From the NCBI GenBank assembly GCA_951406725.2, contig OX597816.1, forward strand, positions 43,834,001-43,898,000: a DNA stretch of 64,000 bases. The letters are read 5' to 3'. The DNA comes from Octopus vulgaris. Its lineage: Eukaryota. Shown here piece after piece: positions 40,736 to 55,498 of this stretch. Numbering within the stretch: position 1 is the stretch's first letter; each line of letters starts with the position of its first letter. The notes under the pieces are model-generated. The model was given only the letters and a program-made list of their open reading frames with translations, made no database searches and had not been told where the DNA came from. A program made the position numbers and the translations under genes.

Positions 40736-41534
40736 TATATAAACATACATATATATATATATATTTGTGTGTGTATTTGCCTGTATGTATGCGTGCCTGT
40801 CTCAAGGCAGACATAGTGTCTCTATCATTTGTTTTATTTCATTTTTATTTTCCGTTTCAGTTTTAGCTACGCATCATTATCTTTGCTCAGTTTCTCTTCA
40901 ATTTCTCGAATTCGCTCATGTTTATGTCATTGTCCCCATTTCTGTTAGATAGGCAATCTGTCTCTATGTCAATATTTATCATTTCAACTATTTCACTTCC
41001 TCTCCGTCTCTTTCTTCTGCGCCATCTTTCTCGCCATCTTACTCGCTACAATCGAAGAATCCACTTTCTCTTCTCCCTTTTTACACCCTAATCATTGTTC
41101 GTAATATCTTCCATAGCCTTTTCCATTTCCATGTTATTCCTTAACAGGTATTTCCCTGTATGACTTCCTTTCTATATATCTAATATGCTATGTTCATATC
41201 GTTTTTTTTTCTTCAAACTATTTCTGCAATTTCACCCTATTTCTTAGACATTATTTTATTATTCTTATCTCCTTTGGGTTGTTTATATGCAAGAAAATAA
41301 ATTTCCTTCAAATGATATTAGGTTTCTGGTCTGGGGACACGTTTCTTCATAGATTCTGACGGCATTTCTTTGTGTCAAAAACAAAAAAAGCTTAATTGTT
41401 AGAAAAAATATAGTGTGGTATTATTCGTAAAATTTTATCATTTGACTTGCCTGAAAATGTTATCTTCGTATACATACCAACTCACACACACATGCACACG
41501 ACACAAACGCACACACCATATACATACATACATC

Positions 41535-41920
41535 GACTATGTGGTAAGTAGTTTGTTTCTCAACCACATTGTTCCGGGTTAAGTCCCACTGTGTGAAACC
41601 TTGGGCCAGTGTTTTCTATTATAGCTTTGGGCTGAACAAAAGCTTGTGAGTGGATCAGGTAGTCAGAAACTGAAAGAGGCCAGTCGTATACACGTGTGTG
41701 TGTGTGTGTGTGCGTCTTTTTGTCTCTGTTTGTCTCCCATCCCCGCTTGATAACCGGTGCGTGTGTGTTTATGTCCCTATACCTTAACGGTACAGTGATC
41801 CACCGAACGGAGAAGTACTAGGCTTTAAAATAAAATAAAGTACTGGGGTCGACTCGCTCGACTAAAAATCCGTTAAGGTGGTGCTCCATCATGGCCCTAG
41901 TTCAATGACTGAAAAAAGAA
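41535..41920 (+). mobile_element. SINE family A, diverged
   Basis: tgtggtaagtagtttg...gggttaagtcccactg...ggtgctccatcatggcc. Confidence 0.85.
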
Positions 41921-44193
41921 AATGATAGATGACACGTAAATATATATACCCACACGCAGGCAGATATACATTCATACATATACATATATGTGTATTATGT
42001 GTCTATGCTTGTGTGTGTTTGTGTGTGTGTCTGTGTGTGTGCGCGCGTGTGTGTGTGTGTGTGTGTGTGTGAATAACACTGCAGACTACATTCACATATA
42101 TTGCCGAATTTACCGGTGTACGCAATTGAAACTGTATTATAAGGTAAAAGCCATCTCTGTATTATGCATGACGTATGTAAATACATCGTTGCTTGCTTAT
42201 ATTTTCAACTCGATAAGCTTTCCGCAATATCAGTGATTATATTATTCGAAGGTGATAAGACTACATCCACAAATGTGATGGTAGAATAAACGTCATAGAA
42301 GGGTTCCAACATATAGGGCGAAGCGGGGTTGGCTTTCCTGTGAATTGCTACTGGGGCTGCTTATCTCGTTCCAGTGTGTGTTGTGTTTCTAGCACCTTCT
42401 ATATGTTTTTCTTAAACAAAAACTACAGCACCATTCGTATGTTTTCTATGATAATTATTTTGAGCATTGAATGCAAATGTAGTTTTATGCTGCTTCAGTT
42501 AAGTACACTGAATATGTGTGTGCGTGTATGAATGTGCGTACACACATGCACACACACACACAAACACACACATATACATACATGCATACATACATATATA
42601 TATATATATATATAGATATATATATATATATATATATATATAGGCGCAGGAGTGACTTCTTTAAATATTTGAGCAGAGATGGATTCCAAAAAATGCGATT
42701 TTCTTGAAATGAATGACTGTGTGTAGTGAATAATGCAGCATCTGGGATGTCGAACGCCTCAAAGATGACGAGAGCAGGAGAAGCGGGTAGATTAAGAGCG
42801 CTTGATTTGAGATAACACAGGCCCAGTCATCTCTAATGAGCCGAAGCCAGTTTTAAATGATATATCGTGGGGGCAATTTTTTTTATCTACTTCGGCCTTT
42901 ATTTTATTATCGTTTATTTTATTCAAACTATTTCTGCTGATTCTAGGTAGAACTGAACATAGAACCATGTGGGTAGAAAGCAAGCTTCCTACCATGCAGT
43001 CACACCTGTGCCTATGCACATGTGAAGGACGGGGAAAGTAACTGATTTCAAGGAGATATCCTTATCGACTAAGATAGGACATTGTAAATTTTCGAAAATG
43101 TTAAATTTAATAGAAAAGAACGCGTTCAAGGTGCCGAAAATCATGTTTAACTTCCAAGTGCTGTCGCAAGAAGACATTCATTCAAAATTCAAGAAATAGT
43201 TGAGCCACATGAAATTTAAACATTTTCAAAAGCAGAAGTGCGAAGACCACCATCAAGTATGCTAGACAAACCGGAAGTCAACAAATCGACGAACAACGTT
43301 GGCAGAAACCGACTAAGAAAGATATTGTTTTCCACTAGCTAGCCTCGTTTGCAGATTATGGGAATACATGGATCTAACAGTTTGATTAACCGAGGGTTGT
43401 AAGCAGGACCTCTGCTAAAATTATTGAGCTCTCTTTTGTTTTTTTCTTCGCATTATCGTATACATAGCAATACTAATACACTACAGCATACCAGTGTACT
43501 TACACACACACACACACACATTCTCTTTCTCACTCACAAATACATACATATAGTTTATATAAGACGTATCTTAACAGTAACATAATAGGTCTATTCGTTT
43601 ACATTTATTGATGTTTTGCCAGTATTAATGAAGATACGTGCTAAATTCAAAGCTGATTCGTTAAGAGCTAATCTGATTTTTTTTTTCTTTTGCTCAATTG
43701 ATGAAAGTGATTTTTATTAAAATAATGAAAACGTTACATGAGAATGTAAAATAATGAAAACGTTACAAAGGCGGGTAGGACGGTGAAATGAAATCAAATG
43801 ATATCGCATTTTCATTCGTATTCAGAAAAATGTCTTGCTTGGAATTGAGACTAGTTCAAAATTAGCTACTAGACATCTACTTAGTTAAGCAGTTATTGAA
43901 GCGTGAGAGAACGATTTAAGAGAGAGGGATGACATTTCCAGACAGCTGAAGTGAGTGTCATTTGATATAACAAAAACAATGCACTTTCTTCTTTCTTGTC
44001 GGTGTGTATTAGTTAGCAGGAGAACAAATAGAGTAAGCTCTGTTTCATATGACTAATTTGTGTGGAGAAACAGTTCGTTAAAACTGCGTGTTTTATGAAA
44101 TAGACTGGGTAGCGCTGATGTCTTCTTGTTACAGTCTCTGTCTGTCTCAGTATTTGACTTCATCTCGCCTTGTCGCTCAAATACACAAATTGT

Positions 44194-44605
44194 AGGAGTG
44201 GCTGTGTGGTAAGTAGCTTGTTTACCAACCACATGGTTCCGGGTTCAGTCCCACTGCGTGGCACCTTAGGCAAGTGTCTTCTACTATAGCCTCGGGCCGA
44301 CCAATGCCTTGTGAGTGGATTTGGTAGACGGAAACTGAAAGAAGCCCGTCGTATATATGTATTTATATATATATATATATATATGCGTGTGTGTGTTTGT
44401 GTGTCTGTGTTTGTCCCCCTAGCATTGCTTGACAACCGATGCTGGTGTATTCATGTCCCCGTTACTTAACGGTTCGGCAAAAAAAAGACCGATAGAATAA
44501 GTACTGAGGTTACAAAAAGAATAAGTCCCGGGGTCGAGTTGCTCGATTAAAGGCGGTGCTCCAGCATGGCCGCAGTCAAATGACTGAAACAAGTAAAAGA
44601 GAGAA
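44194..44605 (+). mobile_element. SINE family A, near-consensus copy
   Basis: aggagtggctgtgtggtaagtagc...gggttcagtccc...aaacaagtaaaagagag. Confidence 0.95.
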
Positions 44606-44689
44606 AGAGGAGAGAGATCCATCAGACTACTCCGACCACCACCACCAAAAACTACCACTACTATAAATGTTTCACTTTATGCAAAGATA

Positions 44690-45335
44690 TTCTTTTATTC
44701 TTTTACTTGTTTCAGTCATTTGGCTGCGGCCATGCTGGAGCACTGCCTTGAAGGGGTTTTTTTTCCGTCTACCAAATCGACCCAATAACTTATTTTGTAA
44801 GCCTTGTACTTATTCTATTGGTGTATTTTGCCGAACCGCTAAGTTACTAACCTCAATATATAATTCCTGGGTTTTATTTATTCGACTAAAAACCCTTGTA
44901 GGCGGTGCTCCAGCATGGTCAGTCAAATGACTGACACATGTGAAAGGCTAAAAGAATATATTTGCATAAAATAAAGGCACTGGAGTAGCTGTGTGGTAAG
45001 AAGCTTGCTTCCCAAATTCATCGTTCCGGGTTCAGTCCCACTGCATGGCACATTGGTCAAGGGTCTTCTATTATATCCTCGGGCCAACCAAAGCCTTGTG
45101 AGTGAATTTGATGGACAGAAACACACCAACACCGGTTAAGCGGTGATGAGGCGGCAAAGACATATACACATAGCTACACAAATAGATACACATTCTTTTA
45201 TCCTTTCACGTGTTTCAGTCATTTGGCTGTGGCCATGATGGAGCACCGCCTTGAAGGGTTTTTAGTCGAACAAAGAGACTCCACGGCTTATTTTTTTTAT
45301 TAGAGCTTAGTACTTATTCTATTGGTCTTTTGCCG
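44690..45335. mobile_element. Cluster of SINE A fragments in both orientations
   Basis: Minus tail 44690-44850, plus tail 44865-44955, plus head 44980-45115, minus tail 45190-45335. Confidence 0.8.
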
Positions 45336-47334
45336 ATTCAAACGTTTAATTCAAGATAGAGTAACACATTTATTTTAGTTAAATAGACATTGCTAACTTT
45401 TTTGTTTGAAAAAAATTATAACAAACGTGTGTGTATGTATGTGTGTCTGTGTGTGTCTGTGTATGTATCTTTGTGCTGATGTATTTAAAAGTTATTTGTA
45501 TTCTTTCAGTTAACCGAGTATGTATTCCCCACTCATCGTTTTTTCGCGCATTCGGGGGATGGGGGAAAAAGCGCGAATCCTGCACAGAAGTGTTTGTTTT
45601 AGTACTAAACATCAACACCAACACCCTTCTATTTCGGGTATATTTCCTGCAAAACAAATATTAAGTTCCTTAGATTTCATGAATGGTACATTACTGTATT
45701 CTTTAAACTATATCGTGATACTACGAACTGCGACTCCATTTATTTGCTATGGATTTTGTCCTACATTTCTACTACGAGATATTTTTGTTTCGTGTTCGTG
45801 CGTGAGAATTAATCTTTTAATTGCGATAAAATATAACGTTTTCGATATTACAACAAATAAAAGCAAACATCATTACTAACCAAATAATTTAGAAGCACTC
45901 CCTGTCCCTTCCTCAAACGTTTGAATATTATATCTTAAATAACTGATAAACATGTACTATCTCTCTCTCATTCTCTCTCACTCTCTTTCTCTGTATATAA
46001 ATGTGTGCGTGTGAGAGTGAGTATCTGTATAGTTTGTGTTATTTTTGCTCTAGTGCATGTATGTTTATGTTTAATGTTATATTTTAATATTAACATCGAT
46101 ATATCTGTATAGATAAGTTTGAGAGAGCAATAAGAGAGTCTTTGTGTTGCATTTATTTATTCGATAATATTTTAGATTTCTTTTACCATTCTATTCATAA
46201 GCAAGCATATATTCAGATAATGAAAATGTTCACGAAACTGAAAATGTTATCAAACAAAAGTTAGTATTGTACTTACCCGATAACCTGTGAGCTGTAAGAC
46301 AATATCAATACTACTAACAAACAAAAAGTAATCACATCATTTATTTTTTTCGTACAAGCACCAAATACATACATATAATCACAACACAGACGCATAAACA
46401 CGCGTGCCCGCGTGCACACACATACACTGATGTATATATATATAGTAGGCGTACATCTAATTATACAGTAACTATTATATATGTATGTGTGTGTCATAGA
46501 TAAATAGATGCGTATGTATGTACGTATGTGTATGGAATACGCTTCTTGATGAGAATTTTCCCAGATATCACGAAAGTGTGAATAACTAACTCCAGAATTT
46601 CAGCCAATTTCAAATATTTCGACAGTTATACCTTACATTCTAAGAACCGTATCACCATATATAGTAAATGTAATTTCTTCATGTTTGCGATGGGCACAGA
46701 CTCAATAATTTAAGGATTTCATTTCAGCAGGTCCTTGTAAATTTTACACCAAGTTTTCTGATTCTAAGCAAGATGCGCGCACGTTTATTCGCCAACTATT
46801 GACTAAAGAGGTCGCAGAAATTTATAGTTTTCGAGTTCTTATTGCCTGCAGCAATTTGAATTATAGAGGCTTTATTTGCCCAACTTTTCGTTCTAGATTT
46901 CCATCATGTTTTGTCACTGAAAATATTGGAGCGACTTATGTTCCTAGATTGAATTCTGTTGACTTTGTGATGAAATATTTCATATTTGCCTCAAGCGAAG
47001 TTTGGAAAAGCTAATGTTTCGTTTTCAATCCTTATATTTTCTTTTCCAAAAACTAACTATTCTTTCAGAATTTTCAATATATATATATATATATTTGTCT
47101 TAAAATATGATCCTTGTTATTTTTATCATATTGTCGATGCTGATTGACAGCTTCAGCAAAATGTGCCTTAATTTCTGTAGGTTTAAGTTCGGATACATCT
47201 AAGCGCTTGAGAAAAGTTTATTTCACGAAACGAGACAGTGGTCGTTCTAACATTTAGTACACCTCATAGCAAAGGCATTGTGAGGGTCTTGGAAATAAAA
47301 GTGATGTACTTCTTTTATTATAATCTACCATATT

Positions 47335-47550
47335 AAGGCGGCGAGTTGGCAGAATCTTTACAATGCCGGGCAAAATGCTTAGGGTCGCATATCATCCATC
47401 TATACGTTCGTTCTGAGTTCAAATTTCATCAAAGTCAACTGTGTCTTCCATCTTTCAGAGTCGATAAACTAAATACCTGTTGAATGCTGATTCAATGTAA
47501 TCGAACACACCTCTATCTCAAAATAGCTGGTTTTGTGTCAAATTTTGAAA
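47335..47550 (+). mobile_element. SINE family B, diverged
   Basis: aaggcggcgagttggcagaatc...gttctgagttcaaatt...gtcgataaa. Confidence 0.8.
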
Positions 47551-48402
47551 CGAAAATAATGGAAACATCATAATACCAAGTGCTAGCCGCTAGAGTGAAT
47601 GTATTTATAAGAACATTTGTACATTTTGAAGTGGTTTAATTCATTGGCTAAGGTGTTAGAGCTGAAGTCTATTGATATTTAAGCTTATGATACTAAATAG
47701 TTCCCGGTGCTATGATCACTCCCACCCCTTGATGTGAAATCACCCAGAAGAATAATCCTATCCTCCTTTCATAAGACGCTTACGGATTATTTAAGATCAC
47801 AGTAAAAGGGCAGTTACTTTATTCACAGAATGACTCATGTTACGGTATTTTAAGCGGGATGCGGAAAGAAATTAAGCTCTCCAGCTTGTGAAAAGGGATT
47901 CGTAAATCTTTTTGAATTCATGCTTCTGTTGCACAGCCCACTCCATTATCTCTTCTCTCTCTAATATGATTTCCTTTAACAGAAAAATATAAATCCATAA
48001 ATCTCTTCGTTTGTCCATCACCAGAAAGAAGATTTTCGTAAGAGACCTACATTGTATATGCCTTACGGAGATAATTATTGGCGATCAGAGCAGTTAGGCC
48101 TTTTACACTTAGGTCTTTACTGGACTTTCATTCTTCACAAATCTTTGTATTATTACAGCAGGTTCCTTTCCTGCTAGAATATAAAAATGATGCTTTCTGC
48201 ATGGTTGTGAATGCGATTATTTCTGTTGCTCATCTTAGTATTTATCATATATATATAATGCTTTTTCCCCCTTTTCAAAGATCTTGGTATCAAAATATAT
48301 TTTAAACCAAACAATACTTTATATATACATGGCTAAAAAAATGGATTTACAAATGCAATATCCCTACATATCTCACATCCATTTTCTTTTATTTCCTCCA
48401 CC

Positions 48403-48566
48403 TCACTCTCTATTTTATATCTTATCTAAATGAACTATTTCTTAGCCATCCTCTCACACTGTCACCGATGAAGGAATATAACAAATATCCAGGAAACAGC
48501 CGTAAGACCTCCTATCTATAAATGTTCTACACAGCCTTGGTTTTTATCTCATTACGAAAGACATTT

Positions 48567-48570
<4 letters not shown>
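48403..48570 (+). mobile_element. Probable Penelope-like element terminal-repeat remnant with a hammerhead motif (copy 2)
   Basis: Homologous to 4810-4985. Motif gtca-CCGATGA-a-ggaatat..atatcc-ag-GAAA-cagccg-TA-agac at 48461-48508. Confidence 0.6.
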
Positions 48571-48659
<89 letters not shown>

Positions 48660-48864
48660 GATAGCAGTAAGCTCGTGTTCGAGTAGTCCCACACATGCGA
48701 AAGGTACGACCAGCCATTTTTGCGAAAAGTCTTCCATTTTCAAGCGATGCCTGTACATGATGGTATTTTAAAATGGGAAAATGATATGCAAAAATATAAT
48801 CCAACTCTTCGAACATGGACAACATCTCATAGAGAGTTGTTGTGACAACAGAGGGTTTTTTCAC

Positions 48865-49067
48865 TTGTTTCAGTCATTAGACTGCGGTCAAGCTGGGCAC
48901 CACGTTGAATGATTTTTTAGTCGAATGAATCGACTGCAGTACTTTTTTTGAAGTCTGGTACCTATTCGAACAGTCTCTTTTGTTGAACCGCTAGCTAAGA
49001 GGGCGTAGACACGCCATCAACAGTTATCAAACGCTGGTGGCGGTGACAATAAAGATACACACACCAC

Positions 49068-49123
<56 letters not shown>

Positions 49124-49210
49124 TTATTTATTTATTTATGTATGTGTATGTATATATGCATATATATCTATATACTACGGGCTTCTTTCAGTTTCCGTCT
49201 ACCAATCACA
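48865..49210 (-). mobile_element. SINE family A, diverged and 5'-truncated
   Basis: cttgtttcagtcattagactgcgg...cgggcttctttcagtttccgtctacc. Confidence 0.8.
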
Positions 49211-49256
49211 TAACTTCTGTGCCTTTACACACACACACTATATATATATACACGCA

Positions 49257-49351
<95 letters not shown>

Positions 49352-49834
49352 ATATATATATATTATCTGTCATATATTAATTATGTCATTTTAATTTTTC
49401 ATTTATTTTGTTTCCATTAAAAAGCAGAGAAGCTTCGATGATATATAGTCATCCATACATACACAAATATTTCCATACGTGTATGTACACACAGCTAAAT
49501 GTCCTCCAGGATTTGTTTTCTCTTATTGAAAAAAATAACCCCAATTTTTTTTTTAAGATTTGATAACAATATATATTTTTTCTGCAATAAAATCATTCTC
49601 TTGTACAAGTGTGTCGATCATAACTTTGTGCAAGTGATGTTGTTTGCTGTTTATGTTTTGAGTTCCAACTTTTTTTTTTCATTTATATTTATATTTATCA
49701 TTCAAATGCAATTTTTTATTTCGAAGAATTTGGTATCAAAATATAATTTAAAACAAATTATATTGTATGTCTTCCATTTTATTTTATTGTATTATTGTTC
49801 AGTAATAGATGGAATAGACTCTAATATATTGCAT

Positions 49835-50460
49835 TGTAGAAAGCCAGTAATTTTGCGGGAAGGGTCAAGTCGATTCTATTGAATCCTGTGCTCAAATGGT
49901 ACGTATTTTATCAACTCCGAAATGATGAAAGGTCAAAGTCGACCTTAAAGAGGGACGAGATGCTTCTAATCATTTTCCCCAACGTGCTAACACGTCTACT
50001 AGCCCGCCGCCTTATATATAGATTCTAATATTGGTTTCAAAATTTGGTGCAAGGCCAGCAATTTCGAGTAAGGTGATAAGTGGATTGCATCTACCCCAGT
50101 GTTCAACTGGTAGTTCTTTTATCGACCCCAAAATGATAGAAAGTAAAGTCGACCTCGGTGGAATTTAAACTCAGATCGTGAAGACGGACGAAATGTCGCT
50201 AAGATCGCCGCCTTATGTGTAGATTCTAATATTAAAAAGAAAGCCGGTGAACTAGCTGTATCGATACCACGTCGAGCAGAATACTTAGTGGTATTTCGTC
50301 CTTCTTTTATGTCCTTAGTTCAAATACTGCCGAAGTCGACTTAGCCTTTCATTCTTTCGGTGTCCATAAAAAGCACCGGTTTAGCACTGGGGTAGATGCA
50401 ATCGACTATTTCACTCCCCCGCCATTTCCAGCCTTGTGCCTATCGTAGAAAGGAATATTG
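49835..50460. mobile_element. Cluster of three SINE B copies (two minus, one plus)
   Basis: Minus 49835-50012 and 50030-50213, plus 50245-50460; each has the gtcgac...cctttc/tatcgacccc domain. Confidence 0.8.
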
Positions 50461-51475
50461 ATAACATTTTATGTATAGTGTTTGAAGATGGGTTGTGAAA
50501 AAGATCTTACATATGGTCGTTGTTAACAAATTAACGGACATGCTGGTATAATATGTAGCCACACATGTGAATAACCTGCATTAAACTTTCTGTATACTAC
50601 AACCAAATACTGAAGGTAAGTATTAAGATTTATATTAGCAAAGTAACTGTACCATCCTAACTGTTTTGGGTAATGCTGTTTCTGTCGATTAACGAAAACA
50701 TTTTGGTCTCCACTCCTATCTTTCTTTGTTAAAGATTTCTTTCTTCTACTCTCAGCAATACTGGACATCTCAATGATTACAAATTATAATAGAATAATAG
50801 ATGTTTGTCCAGGTGAATGATGATCACAGACATATATGAATATCGTTTCTTTTTTTTTTTAGCCTCAGACTAATTATGTCAGGAACCTTTCGATTAACTC
50901 TATTCCAGTTCTAACCTTCCAGGTTCTTTATTTTATTTCTTTTTGTGCAAAAACAACAAGTCTAAAACTACATCCTTCATTACGTCCATCGCCACTAAAC
51001 TGGTAGGGTATCCTTAGAAACGGATTCCATTGCTATATCTTAATGTCTGTCAACCAAGTAACAGTTTCATTGTTAAGTCTACTGACGCTTACTGAGGCAA
51101 GAAGGACACCTTCAAACAGATAACGACTATATTTCTGTAATAGGACGAAATTGTGGTTGACTAGAAAAGTCATCGTTACAAACGTGCTAAAAGCTGCTAT
51201 AGTGTCTTAGTCAGCGTTACGTTGTGAGTGGGAATATTATGTTGATGAAAACTGTGTGGAAGCCCATTGTGTATCTCTGTGTTTGTGAGTGTGAACATAT
51301 ATGTGTGTGTATACATATATGTGCGTATGTATGTGTGTGTGTATCTGTGTATAAAGAAAGGGGGAGAGAATCTCGGTAAAAAGATACTTACTCCACAGGG
51401 TGCATTATAATTAGCGAGTTATTTTTGAAAGTGATCTCCTGTGTCCCCTATTCCCTCACATTTCTTTCTAATGTA

Positions 51476-51536
<61 letters not shown>

Positions 51537-52542
51537 TGTATGTATGTATGTATGTATGTATGTGTATGTATGTATATGTATGTATGTGTATGTATGTATG
51601 TGTATATATATGTATGTATGTATGTATGTGTGTATATATCTATCTATCTATATATATATCCATATATACCCTTATATACATGTACAAATATACATGCACA
51701 CGGATATACAGACATAGACAGTTACATGCAATCATACAGTTCAGTAACGTTACATAAGTACTGTCTTCCGCATTTCGCGACGAGTTGGCGACAATTATAC
51801 CACCAACTGTTCCCGGTAGTTTTATGATTTAGGGCAGTCATGAGCAAAACTGCGGCCGATTTGCTTTCTGAATGACACGCATACTTCCATGAGCAAATCA
51901 ACGTTTATCAGAACTTTGTTTCATTTCATTCTCGTTTATTCAACCAGTCACACACATAACACTCTTTCACTCTAACTCTCTCTCTCTCTTCTTCACTCTT
52001 TCTCTATTTTTCTCTCTCACACACACAATAACTATCAAATGTCATACTAACCTCCTTTACTTATTAATATGAGTTGTGTTGAGGTACACCAATCAGAAAA
52101 ATAAAATTATTCCCACTCATCAGCCATCCGTGTAATTTTCAAACGTGCCTCAGAGTAAATTTGCCCCCCTTTCAAACATTCAAGAACCTTAAATTGGCAT
52201 CTCTACTCAGAGCATCTCATCAGTGAATGAAAATTATTGATTTAATGTTTCCTTTCAGATTCCAACACTGATAACAACTTGTTGCAATAATTCAGCTACT
52301 GTAACTACACGTCCCTATCGCCTGGCCTTACCAGGAAAGATTGATATAGCCTTGAAAGTGTAAGCATGCAAAGCTACGCTACACGATACGCACTTGTGAT
52401 TACACTCTCTAAATGATCGTAACAAGTTGTTATAAATGGTGAAAACAGAAATTGAACATTAAATCAATAATAATTATTTTTGCAGGTTTCAATTTTTGGT
52501 AGCTCTTACTCATGCTTCATTACAAATGCAGGAAAATATCTG

Positions 52543-53010
52543 AAGAAATTCTAAGAACTGTTCACAAGTGATTATTCTTTTGCTGAACTGATCATTGTTT
52601 AATATGTTTTGAATCCATCTTCTGTTTTAAGAGAAATGTATGTTGAGCAGCAATACGCTTCAACATTGGCGGTATAATAGATTTAAGGGAAATATTAGAA
52701 AACAAAATAAACAACCTATCAAGAATGAGAGCAGTAATATAAATACCCTCGTTTTTAAAAAGCAAACAGAACTCGGAGAAAGTGTACACGCAAGCTATGT
52801 TGCCATTGAAAAAAGTTAACCAGCAAACTGTACAGACGTAACCCAGATCATCATACACTAATCAAAGGTCTTGTAAGAATTCTTTTAAAATGGTGGTGGT
52901 TACGTGTTCCAAATTTTATAAAATCTAGGTTTGAAACAAGTACAAGCATAACAGTTTCAAAGTTTTGTACATGAAAACTTATTGATGAATTATGCAAAGA
53001 TCTTCGACTA
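52543..53010 (+). pseudogene. Decayed hAT transposase N-terminal region (SPIN/GTF2IRD2-like)
   Basis: Frame-shifted patches in the expected order: KKF*ELFTSDYSFAE, CLICFESI, SVLREMYVEQQY, VFKKQTELGESVHASYVA, FETSTSITVSK...LIDELCKDL. These parallel F..EW..DYFF, CLIC.E.ISVLKEYN, ASY and ISLSR..RIDEL..DL. Confidence 0.62.
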
Positions 53011-53024
53011 AAGAAATGTCTTTT

Positions 53025-53430
53025 CGGCAGCGAGCTGGCAGGGGCAAAATGCTCGGTGGTATTTCGTCTGCCGTTACGTTCTGAGTTCAAATTCCGCCGA
53101 GGTCGACTTTGCCTTTCCTCCTTTCAGGGTCGATAAATTAAGTACCAGTTACGCACAGGGGTCGATGTAATCGACTTGATCCATTTGTTTGTCCTTGTTT
53201 GTCCCCTCTGTGTTTAGCTCCTTGTAGGTAGTAAAAAAATAGGTATTTCGTCTGTCTTTACGTTCTGAGTTCAAATTACGCCGAGGTCAACTTTGCCTTT
53301 CATCCTTTCGGGGGTCGATTAAATAAGTACCAGTTACGCACTGGGATCGACATAATCGACTTAATCCGTTTGTCTGTCTTTGTGTGTGCCCTCTGTGTTT
53401 GGCCCCTTGTGGGCAGTAAAGAAATAAGAA
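53025..53430 (+). mobile_element. SINE family B dimer
   Basis: Full monomer followed by a second unit starting at ggtatttcgtc (about 53242) and ending gggcagtaaagaaataagaaa. Confidence 0.92.
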
Positions 53431-54426
53431 ATATAATCTTTTCCCCATTTGTAAGACAGGTTCTTGTGTATTCCCTCAAATGTAGTGAAAATGGCGGAAG
53501 CACGTTCAACGAAAAATTTCCACGAATTATTTTTAAAAGTATGTCTCTCTTTATGGTGAGCCAATCTTACGCGGCCGATTTACTCCGAGAAAAAAAATTG
53601 CCCTAAACATCTTTAAAGTGTTGAATACTTCTGTCTGGAACAAATTTCTTCTCTATCAACACTTCATCTACCTTTCTGTCAGTCTTGTCTCTCGTTCTCT
53701 TGTTTTCATTATTTATTATTTCCTTACTATTTCTCTCACTAATGGTCATACTAAAAGAGGCACACGGACACAAGTATACACCTTCACACATGCAAACACA
53801 GTCATATATATATATATATATATATATATGTGAATGTGCGTGTGTGTGTGTCTTTATGTGTGTTTATATGGGTGGGTGTGTTCGTGTGTATTTTAACAAT
53901 CAGAAGCAACAGCCGAAACCCAACACACTCACATATGTCAAACGATACGCAGCGTAAAGACTGGGAACTGTGCGTGGCAATTATTTAAGTCCCTGGTAGT
54001 TCGGCTTACCATTAACCATGTGCCACGTTTACGTGAAATACAAAAGAAACACACATCTGGAAAATATTGTCTTCGGATGACTAATTGCTGTATTGCTGTT
54101 TCTTTTGCGCTGTTCATGATTTTGTAACAGAGATCACTCCCATTCCTGCGAATTTCGATTTATTTCTCTATTTATTTTACAATTCTTAGTTTTTGTCGCT
54201 GACGTTGATGGTTCGGCAAGTAATGTTTGTAGGTTTCACTACTCTTCTTGCGTTCTATTTCCTATTTTATTTTATTTTATCTTTTAGCTGCATTACAGGC
54301 CACAAATGGAATATCTAAAACATTGATTCAAATAACTGTTATTCTTGGGTTAATTGATTTCTCTTGCAGACAAGCATGCCCTACCCTGGGTTGCAATAAC
54401 CCAAAATGTGTTTTCTCTTATCTCCA

Positions 54427-54515
<89 letters not shown>

Positions 54516-55498
54516 CTCCCTTTCTCGTCTCTCGCCCCCACAAACATACACACGCGCATCCATATGCATTCACTTGTCTCTTTCTCAGGTTTCTCTCATT
54601 TTACGTCATCACGTTGACACAATGTACGAATTGATACGGTGCGCATACATGCACACTCACACATATATACACACCCACACATATTACATACATATATACA
54701 AATATATATATATATATATATATATGCGTGTGAGTGAGTGTGTGTATGTGACTGGACAGATACGAACATATATGTATATTCTTATACTGAATGCAAATTT
54801 TGTGTATGTCTGAGTTTGTCCATGTGTGTGTATGTGTGAGTTTGTCCATGTGTGTGTATGTGTGTATGTCTGTCTGTGTGTTTGCGTTGCATATAGCGTC
54901 AATGTGATAAGTTCTATTCTGAAATAAGTACGAGAAACCATTTGATCGATTTAAACAATTGAAAGGAGATCCACAACATATTCAAAGTCAAATAAGAGAA
55001 AATAAAAAAGACTAATAAATCTATATAAAAACATAGACTGGGGCTCACTATAGTGGAATAGCAAATAATTTGGCTCCACAGCACCCCTGTTCCAGGTCAG
55101 ACCCCATTGCGTGGCATCTTTGGCAAATGTTATTTTACACAATCCGAGTTTGACAGTATCTTAAGTGTGTTATTGAGTAGAAACTAAAACGAAACCCGAC
55201 AGATGGATTGTAACTGTATTTGAATAGGTAAAGCTTTGACACATTCTTATGTCATGCTGATTCTAATGTAAGAATTAGCATCAAGGACAGATACACGTGT
55301 CTGCAGAATGCTCAGTGACTTACACATGAATCTGGAGGTAGTAAATCGCTTTGACCGAACAAATGAAACCTTGTGATATGACAGAGAATCACTACATGCG
55401 CACATATTAACATACACACACTTATAAACAAACATATATATTATTTCATTGATCTATTTGATCTGGAGATTTTGTGTGTACATACATTTATAGACTCA

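Noticed and set aside
43020-43330. Possible RTE-LINE 3' relic (LSHM...QRWQKPTKKDI)
   Set aside because: Too degenerate to distinguish from chance by eye.
46277-46291. 15-nt minus-strand microexon candidate (ttacag|...|gtaagt); similar candidates at 7263-7293 and 52259-52359
   Set aside because: Expected by chance in 64 kb of AT-rich DNA; no recognisable peptide or partner exons.
53488-53566. YY1-like AAAATGGCGG and a CCAAT box as a promoter
   Set aside because: Isolated short motifs with no downstream exon evidence.
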